Positions 28,868 through 37,468 of a stretch of DNA of 64,000 nucleotides are shown here, piece after piece. The translations under genes and the position numbers were made by a program. This DNA comes from Nitrospirales bacterium. Lineage in GTDB: Bacteria > Nitrospirota > Nitrospiria > Nitrospirales > UBA8639. Position 1 is the first letter of the stretch, and each line of letters begins with the position of its first letter. Where the stretch lies: contig OZ252040.1 in NCBI GenBank assembly GCA_965247845.1, positions 95,615 through 159,614 on the forward strand, read 5' to 3'. Below the pieces are notes generated by a model, which had not been told where the DNA came from, searched no databases, and saw only the letters and a list, made by a program, of their open reading frames with translations.

Positions 28868-29763
28868 TGCGGTCGTTGTATTTACTTCGGGAAGCCATGA
28901 CCAATCTTCGCGTGAATCGAGGGAATGTGGTGATTGGCATTGTCACGACGGCCTTTACCCTTGTCTGCTTTGGGGTGTTTTGGTTGTTGTATCTGAATCT
29001 CAAAAATCTTACTGGAACCCTTCAGAGCGACATTGAGGTCATCGTGTATTTCGATCCTGATGCCTCGGAACAGATGATGTCTCGGGTACAAAAACGTCTC
29101 CAGACTGAACCGGCAACTATTGCGTTCACCTTTGTGTCTAAAGAACAGGCGCTTCGCGAATTTTCCGAACAATTCCCGGATGAATCTCTCTTATTGGAAG
29201 GGATGGAAACCAATCCGTTACCCGCGTCCGTTGTCGTCAGTTTGTCTCCGCGATTTCTGGATACCGAATCCCTGGGTGCGTTTACTGCACGCATCAAACA
29301 GCTTCCCGGTGTGACCCATGTGCGGTATAGCCAAGATTGGATTGATACTCTGGCGTTGGTGGTCAGTTACTTTGAATTAGGGGCGGTGGCGATCGGGACG
29401 ATTCTGGCCGTGGCTACGGTGACGATCATTACAAATACGATCCGTTTGTCATTAAACACCAGAAAGGAGGAAATTGAAATCCTCCGGCTGATTGGCGCTA
29501 CGGGGGCCTTTATTGCGATACCCTATGTGATCGAAGGCACGATTCTGGGGGCAGTCGGTGGCGGTCTGTCTCTCACGTTGTTGAAAGGCCTGTTTGAATT
29601 CTTGCGCTTAGAACTTGATGCGTCAGGTTGGTTTGGGGGGGGAGCGCATATTCTGACGTTTTTCCCGAGACAGGCATCTGTTCTTTTGGTGATGACTGGT
29701 ATGCTGTTAGGATGTGGGAGTAGTTTGCTCTCAGTATTCAGCTTAATGAAAGTGCGGAACTGA
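28867..29763 (+). CDS. ftsX: Cell division permease-like protein FtsX
   Basis: TAATG overlap with ftsE. Four TM helices with a large first periplasmic loop. Confidence 0.9.
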   Translation: MRSLYLLREAMTNLRVNRGNVVIGIVTTAFTLVCFGVFWLLYLNLKNLTGTLQSDIEVIVYFDPDASEQMMSRVQKRLQTEPATIAFTFVSKEQALREFSEQFPDESLLLEGMETNPLPASVVVSLSPRFLDTESLGAFTARIKQLPGVTHVRYSQDWIDTLALVVSYFELGAVAIGTILAVATVTIITNTIRLSLNTRKEEIEILRLIGATGAFIAIPYVIEGTILGAVGGGLSLTLLKGLFEFLRLELDASGWFGGGAHILTFFPRQASVLLVMTGMLLGCGSSLLSVFSLMKVRN

Positions 29764-29815
29764 TGGTCCCCAAGCCGCTTGTTGAAAAACTCTGTCGGTC
29801 CATGACCCCCCAACA

Positions 29816-31069
29816 GTGGAGATGATCCGGAGCTGCACCAAAATAGGCTGCAGTACGCGTCCTGAGCGAAGCACCAGGTCTGGCATCCTGCTCGTGCTCA
29901 TGTCGTGTTTTGCGATGTCCGTTGGCCTCATCGCCATCCAGCCGTCGTGGGTTTGGGGCGCGCTGTCCTCTCTGCAAGAAAAAATTGAAAAAGAAAAACA
30001 GACCCTTGAACAGTTAAAGCAGGAAATCCAGAAAACCAGGAAACAGCGCGATCAGTCACGGAAAAAACATGATGCGGTCTTGCAATCGATTGAACGCCTT
30101 GATCGCCATTTGCACAAAGAACGGCGGGAAGCTGCTGCAATCAATCGCGAAATCAAACAAATTGACCGGGAATTGAATAAGGTAGGCGCTCAGTTAACCA
30201 AGCTTCGATCCCATATGAACGATCAGAAGGCCGTGATTGGAACTCGTCTAAGACGACTTTATATGGAAGGGCAAGCCGGCTGGGTGCATCCCTTAGTGGC
30301 AGCGGATTCTTATGCGCAGTTTCAACGCCGTTTAATGTATCTCTCCTCGCTTGCCATGTGGGAGCGCCGCTTGTTTGAGGAATACCAACGCGAGGTAGCT
30401 CAAAGCGAACAACTGCATGCGCAACAGGCGAACATTCGTGAATCGTTGGTGGTAGGAAAAGGCCGAATCGACAAAAAAATGGGCGTAATTCGAGGTATCA
30501 AGTCTCAAAAACGCGTTGTCTTGACTAGCCTAAAAAAAACGACGCAATCCCATGAACAAATGCTGCTCACGCTTGATCAGGCTGAAAACCGAAAAGATGC
30601 CCTCCTCAAGAAACTGGAGCGGCGAAGTCAAATTGCTGCAGGGAGAATCAAGAAACGCACGCCGGATTCGTTTCAAAGGGGCGCGTTGCTGTGGCCGGCT
30701 GCCGGCGATTTGGTGGGGTTTTTTGGTCGGCAAAAACACCAGACTTTTGATACGTATGTCCAGAAAAAAGGGATTGAAATTGCCACAAGCGAAGGGACGG
30801 CTATCTGGGCCGTTTCAGGCGGGGATGTGGTCTATGCGGATTGGCTCAGAGGATATGGACTTGTGGTCATTCTGGATCACGGCAATAATTACTTTACGTT
30901 CTATGCGCATGCTTCCAAGTTGTTGGTGAAAGAGGGGGAAGCGGTTGCCAAAGGAGCCGTTCTCGGGGAAACCGGGTCCTCCGGATTGACCAATCGAACC
31001 ATCTTATACTTTGAGTTACGGAAAGGAACCAAGCCGGTGAACCCGTTGGGGTGGTTGGTCAAACGGTGA
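29816..31069 (+). CDS. Murein hydrolase activator EnvC-like (coiled-coil plus M23 domain)
   Basis: Long coiled coil (LQEKIEKEKQTLEQLKQEIQK...) plus a C-terminal LytM/M23 domain (ILDHGNNYFTFYAH). Sits after ftsEX. Confidence 0.85.
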   Translation: MEMIRSCTKIGCSTRPERSTRSGILLVLMSCFAMSVGLIAIQPSWVWGALSSLQEKIEKEKQTLEQLKQEIQKTRKQRDQSRKKHDAVLQSIERLDRHLHKERREAAAINREIKQIDRELNKVGAQLTKLRSHMNDQKAVIGTRLRRLYMEGQAGWVHPLVAADSYAQFQRRLMYLSSLAMWERRLFEEYQREVAQSEQLHAQQANIRESLVVGKGRIDKKMGVIRGIKSQKRVVLTSLKKTTQSHEQMLLTLDQAENRKDALLKKLERRSQIAAGRIKKRTPDSFQRGALLWPAAGDLVGFFGRQKHQTFDTYVQKKGIEIATSEGTAIWAVSGGDVVYADWLRGYGLVVILDHGNNYFTFYAHASKLLVKEGEAVAKGAVLGETGSSGLTNRTILYFELRKGTKPVNPLGWLVKR

Positions 31070-31206
31070 GCCTGTCCGGACCCGGCACGAAGGCCTGGGC
31101 CTTCTCTGGGCGATTTCACGATTGTCGTCATGAGTCGTAAGATTCGATAGGCTCAGGTATCGCAAACAATTTTCATTGTCTTTTTAACCAGAGTTAGGAT
31201 GTCGAT

Positions 31207-32520
31207 ATGGAAAAGGGACGCTCTTCAATAACATGGGTTTTCGGGCTCATTGTGTTCGGTGCGCTCGTCTTAGGGTTGATGATTGGCAAAGGACTAGAAA
31301 AAACAGGCTATGCCAGTGAATCCTACGAAGAGCTCAAAATTTTTGCGGAAGTTCTGACTCAGGTGAAGAAACATTATGTCGAAGAGGTTAAGACCAACGA
31401 TCTTGTTCATGGGGCTGTTCGCGGCATGCTCAAAACGTTGGATCTGCATTCCGCGTATATGACCCCAGAGATGTATAAAGAAATGAAAGTTGAAACCAAG
31501 GGAGAATTTGAGGGATTAGGCATCCAGATTGGGATCAAAGATCATCGTGTCACCGTCATTGCTCCCATTGAAGGAACGCCCGCTCATGCGGCAGGCATAG
31601 AAACCGGAGATATTATTTTGAAAGTCGATGAGGCGCTGACGAAAGACCTCACACTGATGGAAGCGGTTCAACGTATGCGAGGTCCCAAGGGAACAACGGT
31701 CACGCTGACGGTAGAGCGAGAAGGGGCCCTAGGAACTCTGAGCTTCACCTTGATTCGGGATACGATTAAGATTCGCAGTGTCCGATCCCGGATCATTGAT
31801 GATCACATCGGCTATGTGCGGATCTCTCAGTTCCAAGAATCCACGCCCCAAGATCTTAGCCGAGAATTAGTGAAGTTGCGCGACGAAGGCACTCAAGGAC
31901 TCATTTTAGATTTACGCAATAACCCGGGGGGACTCTTATCCGCGGCGGTTGGGGTCTCCGAGCAATTTTTGCAGTCTGACAAATTAGTCGTATCAGTCAA
32001 GGGCCGTGATGGGCGGAAAGATGAATATCGTGCCCATCCGTCAATGGATCCCTATGAATATCCCATGATTGTCTTAGTCAACCAGGGCTCTGCAAGCGCG
32101 TCGGAAATCGTCGCAGCCGCGATGCAAGATTGGGGGAAAGCCGTCATCCTGGGGAAGACCACGTTTGGAAAGGGCTCCGTTCAGACTATTCTTCCGTTGT
32201 CAGATGGGTCAGGACTGCGGCTGACGACGGCGAAATACTATACGCCCCGTGGCGAGTCGATCCATTCCGTTGGCGTCAAACCGGATATCGTGGTGGAGCA
32301 AAAACCGATGACCTTGGGTGAGGCGCAGAAAGAACTCGAGGCGACTACCCCGGAAGAGGACGTCCGCTCTTCCTCGGCCAATGAACAGGGCAATGATCCG
32401 GATACGCAAAACGATCTTGAAGCGGAATTAATGAAAAAGGACGTGCAGCTTCAAAAGGCTATCGAGTTGCTCAAGACTTGGAACGTTTTCAAAGACCTGC
32501 GCCCCCTTGAATCGGCATAG
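31207..32520 (+). CDS. Carboxyl-terminal processing protease (S41)
   Basis: PDZ region (GDIILKVD), then LDLRNNPGGLL, GSASASEIVA and TFGKGSVQ. Confidence 0.9.
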   Translation: MEKGRSSITWVFGLIVFGALVLGLMIGKGLEKTGYASESYEELKIFAEVLTQVKKHYVEEVKTNDLVHGAVRGMLKTLDLHSAYMTPEMYKEMKVETKGEFEGLGIQIGIKDHRVTVIAPIEGTPAHAAGIETGDIILKVDEALTKDLTLMEAVQRMRGPKGTTVTLTVEREGALGTLSFTLIRDTIKIRSVRSRIIDDHIGYVRISQFQESTPQDLSRELVKLRDEGTQGLILDLRNNPGGLLSAAVGVSEQFLQSDKLVVSVKGRDGRKDEYRAHPSMDPYEYPMIVLVNQGSASASEIVAAAMQDWGKAVILGKTTFGKGSVQTILPLSDGSGLRLTTAKYYTPRGESIHSVGVKPDIVVEQKPMTLGEAQKELEATTPEEDVRSSSANEQGNDPDTQNDLEAELMKKDVQLQKAIELLKTWNVFKDLRPLESA

Positions 32521-32525
32521 GGAGG

Positions 32526-32762
32526 TCACAGATTGAGGACAATAGCGGTAGAGGTTTTGATGACGCCGTCCACACCGCGTATCCTGGAAAGGACTAATTC
32601 GTTGAGGGCCTCTAGCGTTTCCGCTTCAATTTGGACCACTAAATCATAAGGACCGGTGACGGCATCGACTTTCTTCACCCAAGGAATACGGGTGATCGTT
32701 TTGTACGCACTTTTCGTGTGATCTCCTGCCACATCAATCATCACAAACGCGGATACGGCCAT
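32526..32762 (-). CDS. Lrp/AsnC ligand-binding (RAM) domain protein
   Basis: 78-aa stand-alone AsnC_trans_reg-type sequence (AFVMIDV...PWVKKVDAVTGPYDLVVQIEA). Confidence 0.7.
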   Translation of the reverse strand: MAVSAFVMIDVAGDHTKSAYKTITRIPWVKKVDAVTGPYDLVVQIEAETLEALNELVLSRIRGVDGVIKTSTAIVLNL

Positions 32763-32848
32763 TGCTAGTTATTTCGTCCTTGCATGGTGGAATAAGGCGC
32801 GTGGTGCTCTCTTCTGCAAGCGACCTTATCAAAGGCTTTGCCGCACGG

Positions 32849-33331
32849 TCAATCACTCGTCGATTGTTCACGTAAATTCTGAATGGCTGCAAGCAGTTCG
32901 TCCGCGGTTACGCTGACTCCCGGTCGCGTTCTGAGCATATGAGAGCGGGCAAGCGTCTCCAGATCGTCGAGCGTCTGAATTCCGAGTCGATAATACACAT
33001 CATGCACAATGGGTTCGGAAAAGCCGGGGAGAAGGAGCCATTGACGAATTGCCGGCGGCAAGGGTGTTGTGAGTTCTTCATAGGCCTTGATGGTGCCGGT
33101 CTCCACGTATTCTTGAATTTTTGTCGCCAGGTCTTTCCCAATGCCGGGAAGGGTTTGGAGATCCCCATTCTGAGCAAGTTCGGCAATGGGAGCCTCCAAG
33201 TTGGCGATCGTGTCGGCTGCTCGTTTATAGGCCCGAATCCGATAAGGGTTTTCTCCATTGTTCTTCAACAACGCTGCCATGGACAAGAAGAGGTTGGCGA
33301 GGGCGTTGTTCGAATCGTGGATAGTTGGCAT
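32849..33331 (-). CDS. Stand-alone Pol X N-terminal-like helix-hairpin-helix protein
   Basis: NPYRIRAYKRAADTIANL...LQTLPGIGKDLATKIQEYVETGTIKAYEEL matches the 8-kDa plus HhH region of family X polymerases. No catalytic or PHP part follows. Confidence 0.65.
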   Translation of the reverse strand: MPTIHDSNNALANLFLSMAALLKNNGENPYRIRAYKRAADTIANLEAPIAELAQNGDLQTLPGIGKDLATKIQEYVETGTIKAYEELTTPLPPAIRQWLLLPGFSEPIVHDVYYRLGIQTLDDLETLARSHMLRTRPGVSVTADELLAAIQNLREQSTSD

Positions 33332-33439
33332 ACTGCGAGGTCGTTTGAGAATATGAAGTGATCCTATTGTAAAAGATTGTGCCTGGCGATGATAGGTCCC
33401 CTCGCCTCTGTGCAGCTGGGAAAAGGCCGCGTTCCCAAA

Positions 33440-33469
33440 TTGACAAGGCTTGAGGGGCTCTCGTAGGAT
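33440..33469 (+). promoter_or_regulatory. Candidate sigma-70 promoter for thiS
   Basis: TTGACA (33440-33445), 18-nt spacer, TAGGAT (33464-33469), immediately upstream of MITE copy A. Confidence 0.4.
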
Positions 33470-33477
33470 GCAGCGAA

Positions 33478-33619
33478 GGAACCTCTGATTTATGGCACTA
33501 TCGGGCGCATGGCGGTGTGGTGTCCTCGCTCAACCCTCGACTATCGACTTGATATGTCTCGGGTTTCGCTGCGGGACGCCTTGTCCTGCATCCCGCTATC
33601 ACAATAAATCAGAGGTTCC
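33478..33619 (+). mobile_element. 142-bp MITE, copy A
   Basis: Perfect 16-bp terminal inverted repeats GGAACCTCTGATTTAT/ATAAATCAGAGGTTCC. 137/142 identical to the reverse complement of 45945-46086. Flanks are CGAA/CTAA. Confidence 0.85.
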
Positions 33620-33644
33620 CTAAGTGATCGGAGAAACTCCACGC

Positions 33645-33980
33645 ATGCATATTCACGTCAATGGTGACTCACGTAACGTGCGTGAGGAGATGAATGTGAC
33701 GGGGCTGCTCCAAGATTTGCAACTGAATGTTGAACAAGTGGCGGTGGAAATCAATCTTGAAATTCTCGATAGGCAGGACTTTGATGCCCGAATTCTGCAA
33801 GAAGGGGACCGCATTGAAATTATGAGCTTTATCGGAGGTGGTGCCCCTTCCCCTGTGGCATTCCCGCCGTCTGGTAGCGGGAATCCAGCGTGTTTTTTCT
33901 GCGCGTGTCCCCCGCCCGAAATTAAAAAGATGAGGAAGCCATCGAGCATTGTGGTTCCAAGAGATGGAGAGAGGCCATGA
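33645..33980 (+). CDS. thiS: Sulfur carrier protein ThiS with a 45-aa extension beyond the Gly-Gly end
   Basis: A 66-aa ThiS-like core MHIHVNGDS...EIMSFIGGG. No stop follows; the frame continues [19 protein letters not shown]... to TGA 33978-33980, overlapping the thiG ATG. Confidence 0.8.
   Translation: MHIHVNGDSRNVREEMNVTGLLQDLQLNVEQVAVEINLEILDRQDFDARILQEGDRIEIMSFIGGGAPSPVAFPPSGSGNPACFFCACPPPEIKKMRKPSSIVVPRDGERP
33857..33886. repeat. Hairpin repeat family R1 inside the thiS extension
   Basis: GGCATTCCCGCCGTCTGGTAGCGGGAATCC (stem ATTCCCGC/GCGGGAAT). Relatives at 12858, 56399 and a variant near 5531. Confidence 0.75.
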
Positions 33981-34750
33981 GTGACGATCGTTTGACCATA
34001 GCTGGGCGAGAGTTTCGATCCCGTTTGTGGGTCGGAACGGGAAAGTATAAGGACTTTATTGAGACGCAGAAAGCCATTGAAATGTCTGGCGCGGATGTCG
34101 TCACCGTTGCCGTACGTCGAGTCAATATCACGGACAGAAATTCCGAGAATCTTCTTGATTATCTTGATCCGAAGCAATACACCATTCTTCCCAATACCGC
34201 AGGGTGCTACACGGTGGACGATGCGGTGCGCTATGCTCGGTTGGCTCGAGCAGCCGGAGTATCGGATTTGGTGAAGCTCGAGGTGATCGGCGATGAGCGG
34301 ACCTTATTTCCTGATACCGCCGGACTCATTGAAGCCGCAAAAATATTGATTAAGGAAGGATTCGTGGTGTTGCCTTATACCAACGACGATCCTATCGTAG
34401 CACAAAAGCTTGTCGATATCGGATGCCCGGCGGTCATGCCTTTAGCGGCCCCTATTGGTTCTGGATTAGGAATACGCAATCCCTACAATTTGAAAATCAT
34501 CCTTGAAACCGTGAACGTGCCGGTGATTGTCGATGCGGGAGTGGGAACCGCCTCCGATGCGGCGTTGGCTATGGAATACGGGGCAGATGCGGTATTGATG
34601 AATACCGCGATCGCAGGGGCCCAAGAACCCATTGTCATGGCTGAGGCCATGAAGTATGCGGTAGAGGCTGGACGGTTAGCGTATAAAGCCGGGCGCATTC
34701 CTCGAAAACTCTATGCCACCGCGAGTAGTCCGATCGAAGGCATGTTGTAA
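33977..34750 (+). CDS. thiG: Thiazole synthase ThiG
   Basis: LWVGTGKY..., [25 protein letters not shown] motifs. Confidence 0.95.
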   Translation: MSDDRLTIAGREFRSRLWVGTGKYKDFIETQKAIEMSGADVVTVAVRRVNITDRNSENLLDYLDPKQYTILPNTAGCYTVDDAVRYARLARAAGVSDLVKLEVIGDERTLFPDTAGLIEAAKILIKEGFVVLPYTNDDPIVAQKLVDIGCPAVMPLAAPIGSGLGIRNPYNLKIILETVNVPVIVDAGVGTASDAALAMEYGADAVLMNTAIAGAQEPIVMAEAMKYAVEAGRLAYKAGRIPRKLYATASSPIEGML

Positions 34751-34922
34751 CCTGATGCTGAAAACGCTCACGCCGCATCCATCGATTGTCACGCATCACA
34801 TCACGTTCTCTTGCCTTGTTGGACGGTCGTCTTCTGTTCTGGCCTGATCACCAGGGGGTAAGGGTTACGGAAATCTCTACATGTGAAAAGAACGTCTTCT
34901 TTTACGACCGTCGAGGCCTTCC

Positions 34923-35570
34923 GTGTTTGTGACGACGAGTCGTCTTCCGCCTTTGTATGTCGTCACCGACCGGCGCCAAACCGGAGAGGATAGTTTTCTG
35001 CAGATCCTCGGAGACATCATCCCTGAACAAGGCATGATGGTACAAATTCGGGAACGAGATCTTGGATCCCGAGAGCTTCTACGGTTTGTGAAGGCCATTC
35101 ACCTGATGGCTCATCCCTTTCGTGTTCCGTGTTTGATCAATGACCGCGTGGACCTGGTCCTTGCCACTCAGGCCGCAGGCGTGCACCTTCGCTCAGACAG
35201 CATGCCCGTCAAAGAGGCCAGGAAATGTTTGGGCGCTGACTATCTTATTGGGCAGTCGGTCCATTCTGCCCAAGAGGCGCTCCAAAGCGAGAAAGAAGGT
35301 GCGGACTTTGTTGTGCTCGGGCCGGTGTATGAGACACCCTCAAAACGGGAGTATGCCCCCCCGTTAGGTGTCCACGCCATTCGCGAAGCCAGTCGGCACT
35401 GTACAATTCCCGTATATGCGATTGGTGGGATGACGCCTTCTCGTGTGGAGAACGTGATGGAGGCCGGCGCCGTTGGCGTTGCGGTCATTTCTTCAATTTT
35501 CCAAGCCTCATCTCCACGCGAGGCTGTGACGGCGTATTCTACGCAACTGCGCAAATGGAGCCCACGGTAA
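34923..35570 (+). CDS. thiE: Thiamine-phosphate synthase ThiE
   Basis: LYVVTDRR, VQIRERD, INDRVDL, AIGGM motifs; GTG start. Confidence 0.9.
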   Translation: MFVTTSRLPPLYVVTDRRQTGEDSFLQILGDIIPEQGMMVQIRERDLGSRELLRFVKAIHLMAHPFRVPCLINDRVDLVLATQAAGVHLRSDSMPVKEARKCLGADYLIGQSVHSAQEALQSEKEGADFVVLGPVYETPSKREYAPPLGVHAIREASRHCTIPVYAIGGMTPSRVENVMEAGAVGVAVISSIFQASSPREAVTAYSTQLRKWSPR

Positions 35571-35586
35571 AAGGGTCCACTTTATA

Positions 35587-35616
35587 TTGACCCTTTCCGA
35601 AAACGAGTGCTAGAAT
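35587..35616 (+). promoter_or_regulatory. Candidate sigma-70 promoter of the proteasome operon
   Basis: TTGACC (35587-35592), 18-nt spacer, TAGAAT (35611-35616). Confidence 0.5.
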
Positions 35617-35758
35617 TTCTTTTACAGGAGTCCCCGAGAGGGAACGACAGGCTCATTTGGGTTTCTCCTTATCAATACAAGGGTTTCAGAGGTGGAGAAA
35701 ATAATTGGAGCCTTTTGCCTGTCGTTCTTTTTTTGTGATGGAACAGGGGGAAGATTTT

Positions 35759-37438
35759 ATGGGATTGAGAAAACACGAAGACTATACTCGGGAGATCGAG
35801 AAACTTCGCGGAGAACTCCAATCCTTGGAGAACGAAATGCGGCATTTGTACGAAACCCGCATGAAATTGCAGCAATCGCAAAAACAAAATGAACGGTTGA
35901 CGGCCAGCCTCCAAGAAGCCAAAACCCAAATTGAAAGCCTCCGCACGGAAATCGCCAAACTCACGGCCCCGCCGTCGGCGTATGCGCTTTTTTGCAGTCT
36001 GAACGATGATTGCAGCGCCAACGTCTATGTCTCAGGCAGAAAAATGCGCGTCAGCGTGCATAGTTCGGTTGCGAGTGCGACTCTGCGAAAAGGACAAGAA
36101 GTGATTTTGAATGAAGCCTTGAATATTATCGAAGCGCGTGCCTTTGACCCTCAAGGACAAGTGGTGAAGTTAAAAGATCAGCTTGATGAGATACGGGTTC
36201 TGATTCAGTTGCATCATGATGAAGAGCGAATCGTCGAGTTGGGTGAGCCGTTACTCCATGAGCATCTCAGCGTGGGCGACCATCTTCTCTATGATGCCCG
36301 GTCGGGATATGTCATTGAGAAAATCCCCAAGGCCGAAATCGAAGAGTTGGTGATAGAAGAAGTGCCGGATGTGCAATATGCGGATGTCGGGGGGTTGACG
36401 AAAGAAGTGGAGCAGGTGACGGATGCCGTGGAATTACCCTTTTTGTACCCTGATCTTTTCAGGGAGCATCGCCTGACCCCGCCAAAGGGCATTCTGTTGT
36501 ATGGGCCTCCAGGGTGTGGAAAGACGATGATCGCGAAGGCCGTGGCGAATTCTATTTCACAAAAAATGCGACATTTATCCGGCAAAGAAATGCGAAGCTA
36601 CTTCCTGCATGTGAAGGGCCCTGAACTGTTGAATAAATATGTGGGCGAAACGGAACGGTACATCCGGGAAGTATTCGCCAAAGCTCGAGACAAGGCGGCA
36701 ACCGGTAATCCGGTGGTCGTGTTTTTTGACGAGATGGACGCGTTGTTCCGTACGCGGGGCTCCGGGATTTCTTCCGATATTGAGTCCACGATCGTTCCGC
36801 AGTTTTTGGCTGAAATTGACGGGGTCGAGAAGCTCAAAAATGTGATCGTCATCGGAGCGAGCAATCGGCAAGATCTCATCGATCCAGCGGTCTTGCGAAC
36901 AGGGCGGTTGGATGTGAAGGTCAAAATTCCCAGACCGGATCAACGCAGTGCTCGCGAGATTTTCGCCAAATATCTCACCAGCGATCTGCCGTTTGCCAAA
37001 GAGGAACTTGATCGGCATGCGCAGGATCGTCAGGCGGTGGTCTCGCACCTTCTCGAGACGACGGTGGAAGCGATGTATGCCATGTCGGAAGACAATAAGT
37101 TTCTGGAAGTGACGTATGCCAATGGAGAAAAAGAAATCCTCTACTTTAAAGACTTTTCCAGTGGCGCTCTGATCGAAGGGGTGGTCTCACGAGCGAAAAA
37201 ATTTGCGGTGAAGCGAGCCATTAACACGGGTGAAAAAGGCTTGAAAGAAGAAGACCTTTTATGGGCTATTCGGGACGAATTTAAGGCGCATGAAGATCTG
37301 CCCAATACCACGAATCCCGATGATTGGGCCCGCATCGCCGGGAAAAAAGGCGAAAAGATTATCCACGTTCGAACCCTAACCCCTGGCTCGGAAGCAACAC
37401 GCGAAATTGAAACCGTGAGTGCCGGGCATTACTTTTAA
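35759..37438 (+). CDS. arc: Proteasome-associated AAA ATPase (ARC/Mpa)
   Basis: N-terminal coiled coil, OB region, Walker A GPPGCGKT, Walker B VVFFDEMD, and C-terminal ...SAGHYF (penultimate Tyr as in Mpa). Start is ATG 35759 or 35738; the ORF track gives 35705. Confidence 0.9.
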   Translation: MGLRKHEDYTREIEKLRGELQSLENEMRHLYETRMKLQQSQKQNERLTASLQEAKTQIESLRTEIAKLTAPPSAYALFCSLNDDCSANVYVSGRKMRVSVHSSVASATLRKGQEVILNEALNIIEARAFDPQGQVVKLKDQLDEIRVLIQLHHDEERIVELGEPLLHEHLSVGDHLLYDARSGYVIEKIPKAEIEELVIEEVPDVQYADVGGLTKEVEQVTDAVELPFLYPDLFREHRLTPPKGILLYGPPGCGKTMIAKAVANSISQKMRHLSGKEMRSYFLHVKGPELLNKYVGETERYIREVFAKARDKAATGNPVVVFFDEMDALFRTRGSGISSDIESTIVPQFLAEIDGVEKLKNVIVIGASNRQDLIDPAVLRTGRLDVKVKIPRPDQRSAREIFAKYLTSDLPFAKEELDRHAQDRQAVVSHLLETTVEAMYAMSEDNKFLEVTYANGEKEILYFKDFSSGALIEGVVSRAKKFAVKRAINTGEKGLKEEDLLWAIRDEFKAHEDLPNTTNPDDWARIAGKKGEKIIHVRTLTPGSEATREIETVSAGHYF

Positions 37439-37468
37439 TGCTCTTGCTCACGGCGGAATGAGGAGCCC

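Noticed and set aside
33332-33477. TPP (THI-box) riboswitch upstream of thiS
   Set aside because: I looked for the CUGAGA and ACCUGAUCUGGAUAAUGCCAGCG-type blocks. Only a loose resemblance exists (AACCTCTGATTTATGGCAC), and it lies inside the MITE, which also occurs inverted upstream of hsp20. A cmsearch with the Rfam TPP riboswitch model would settle it.
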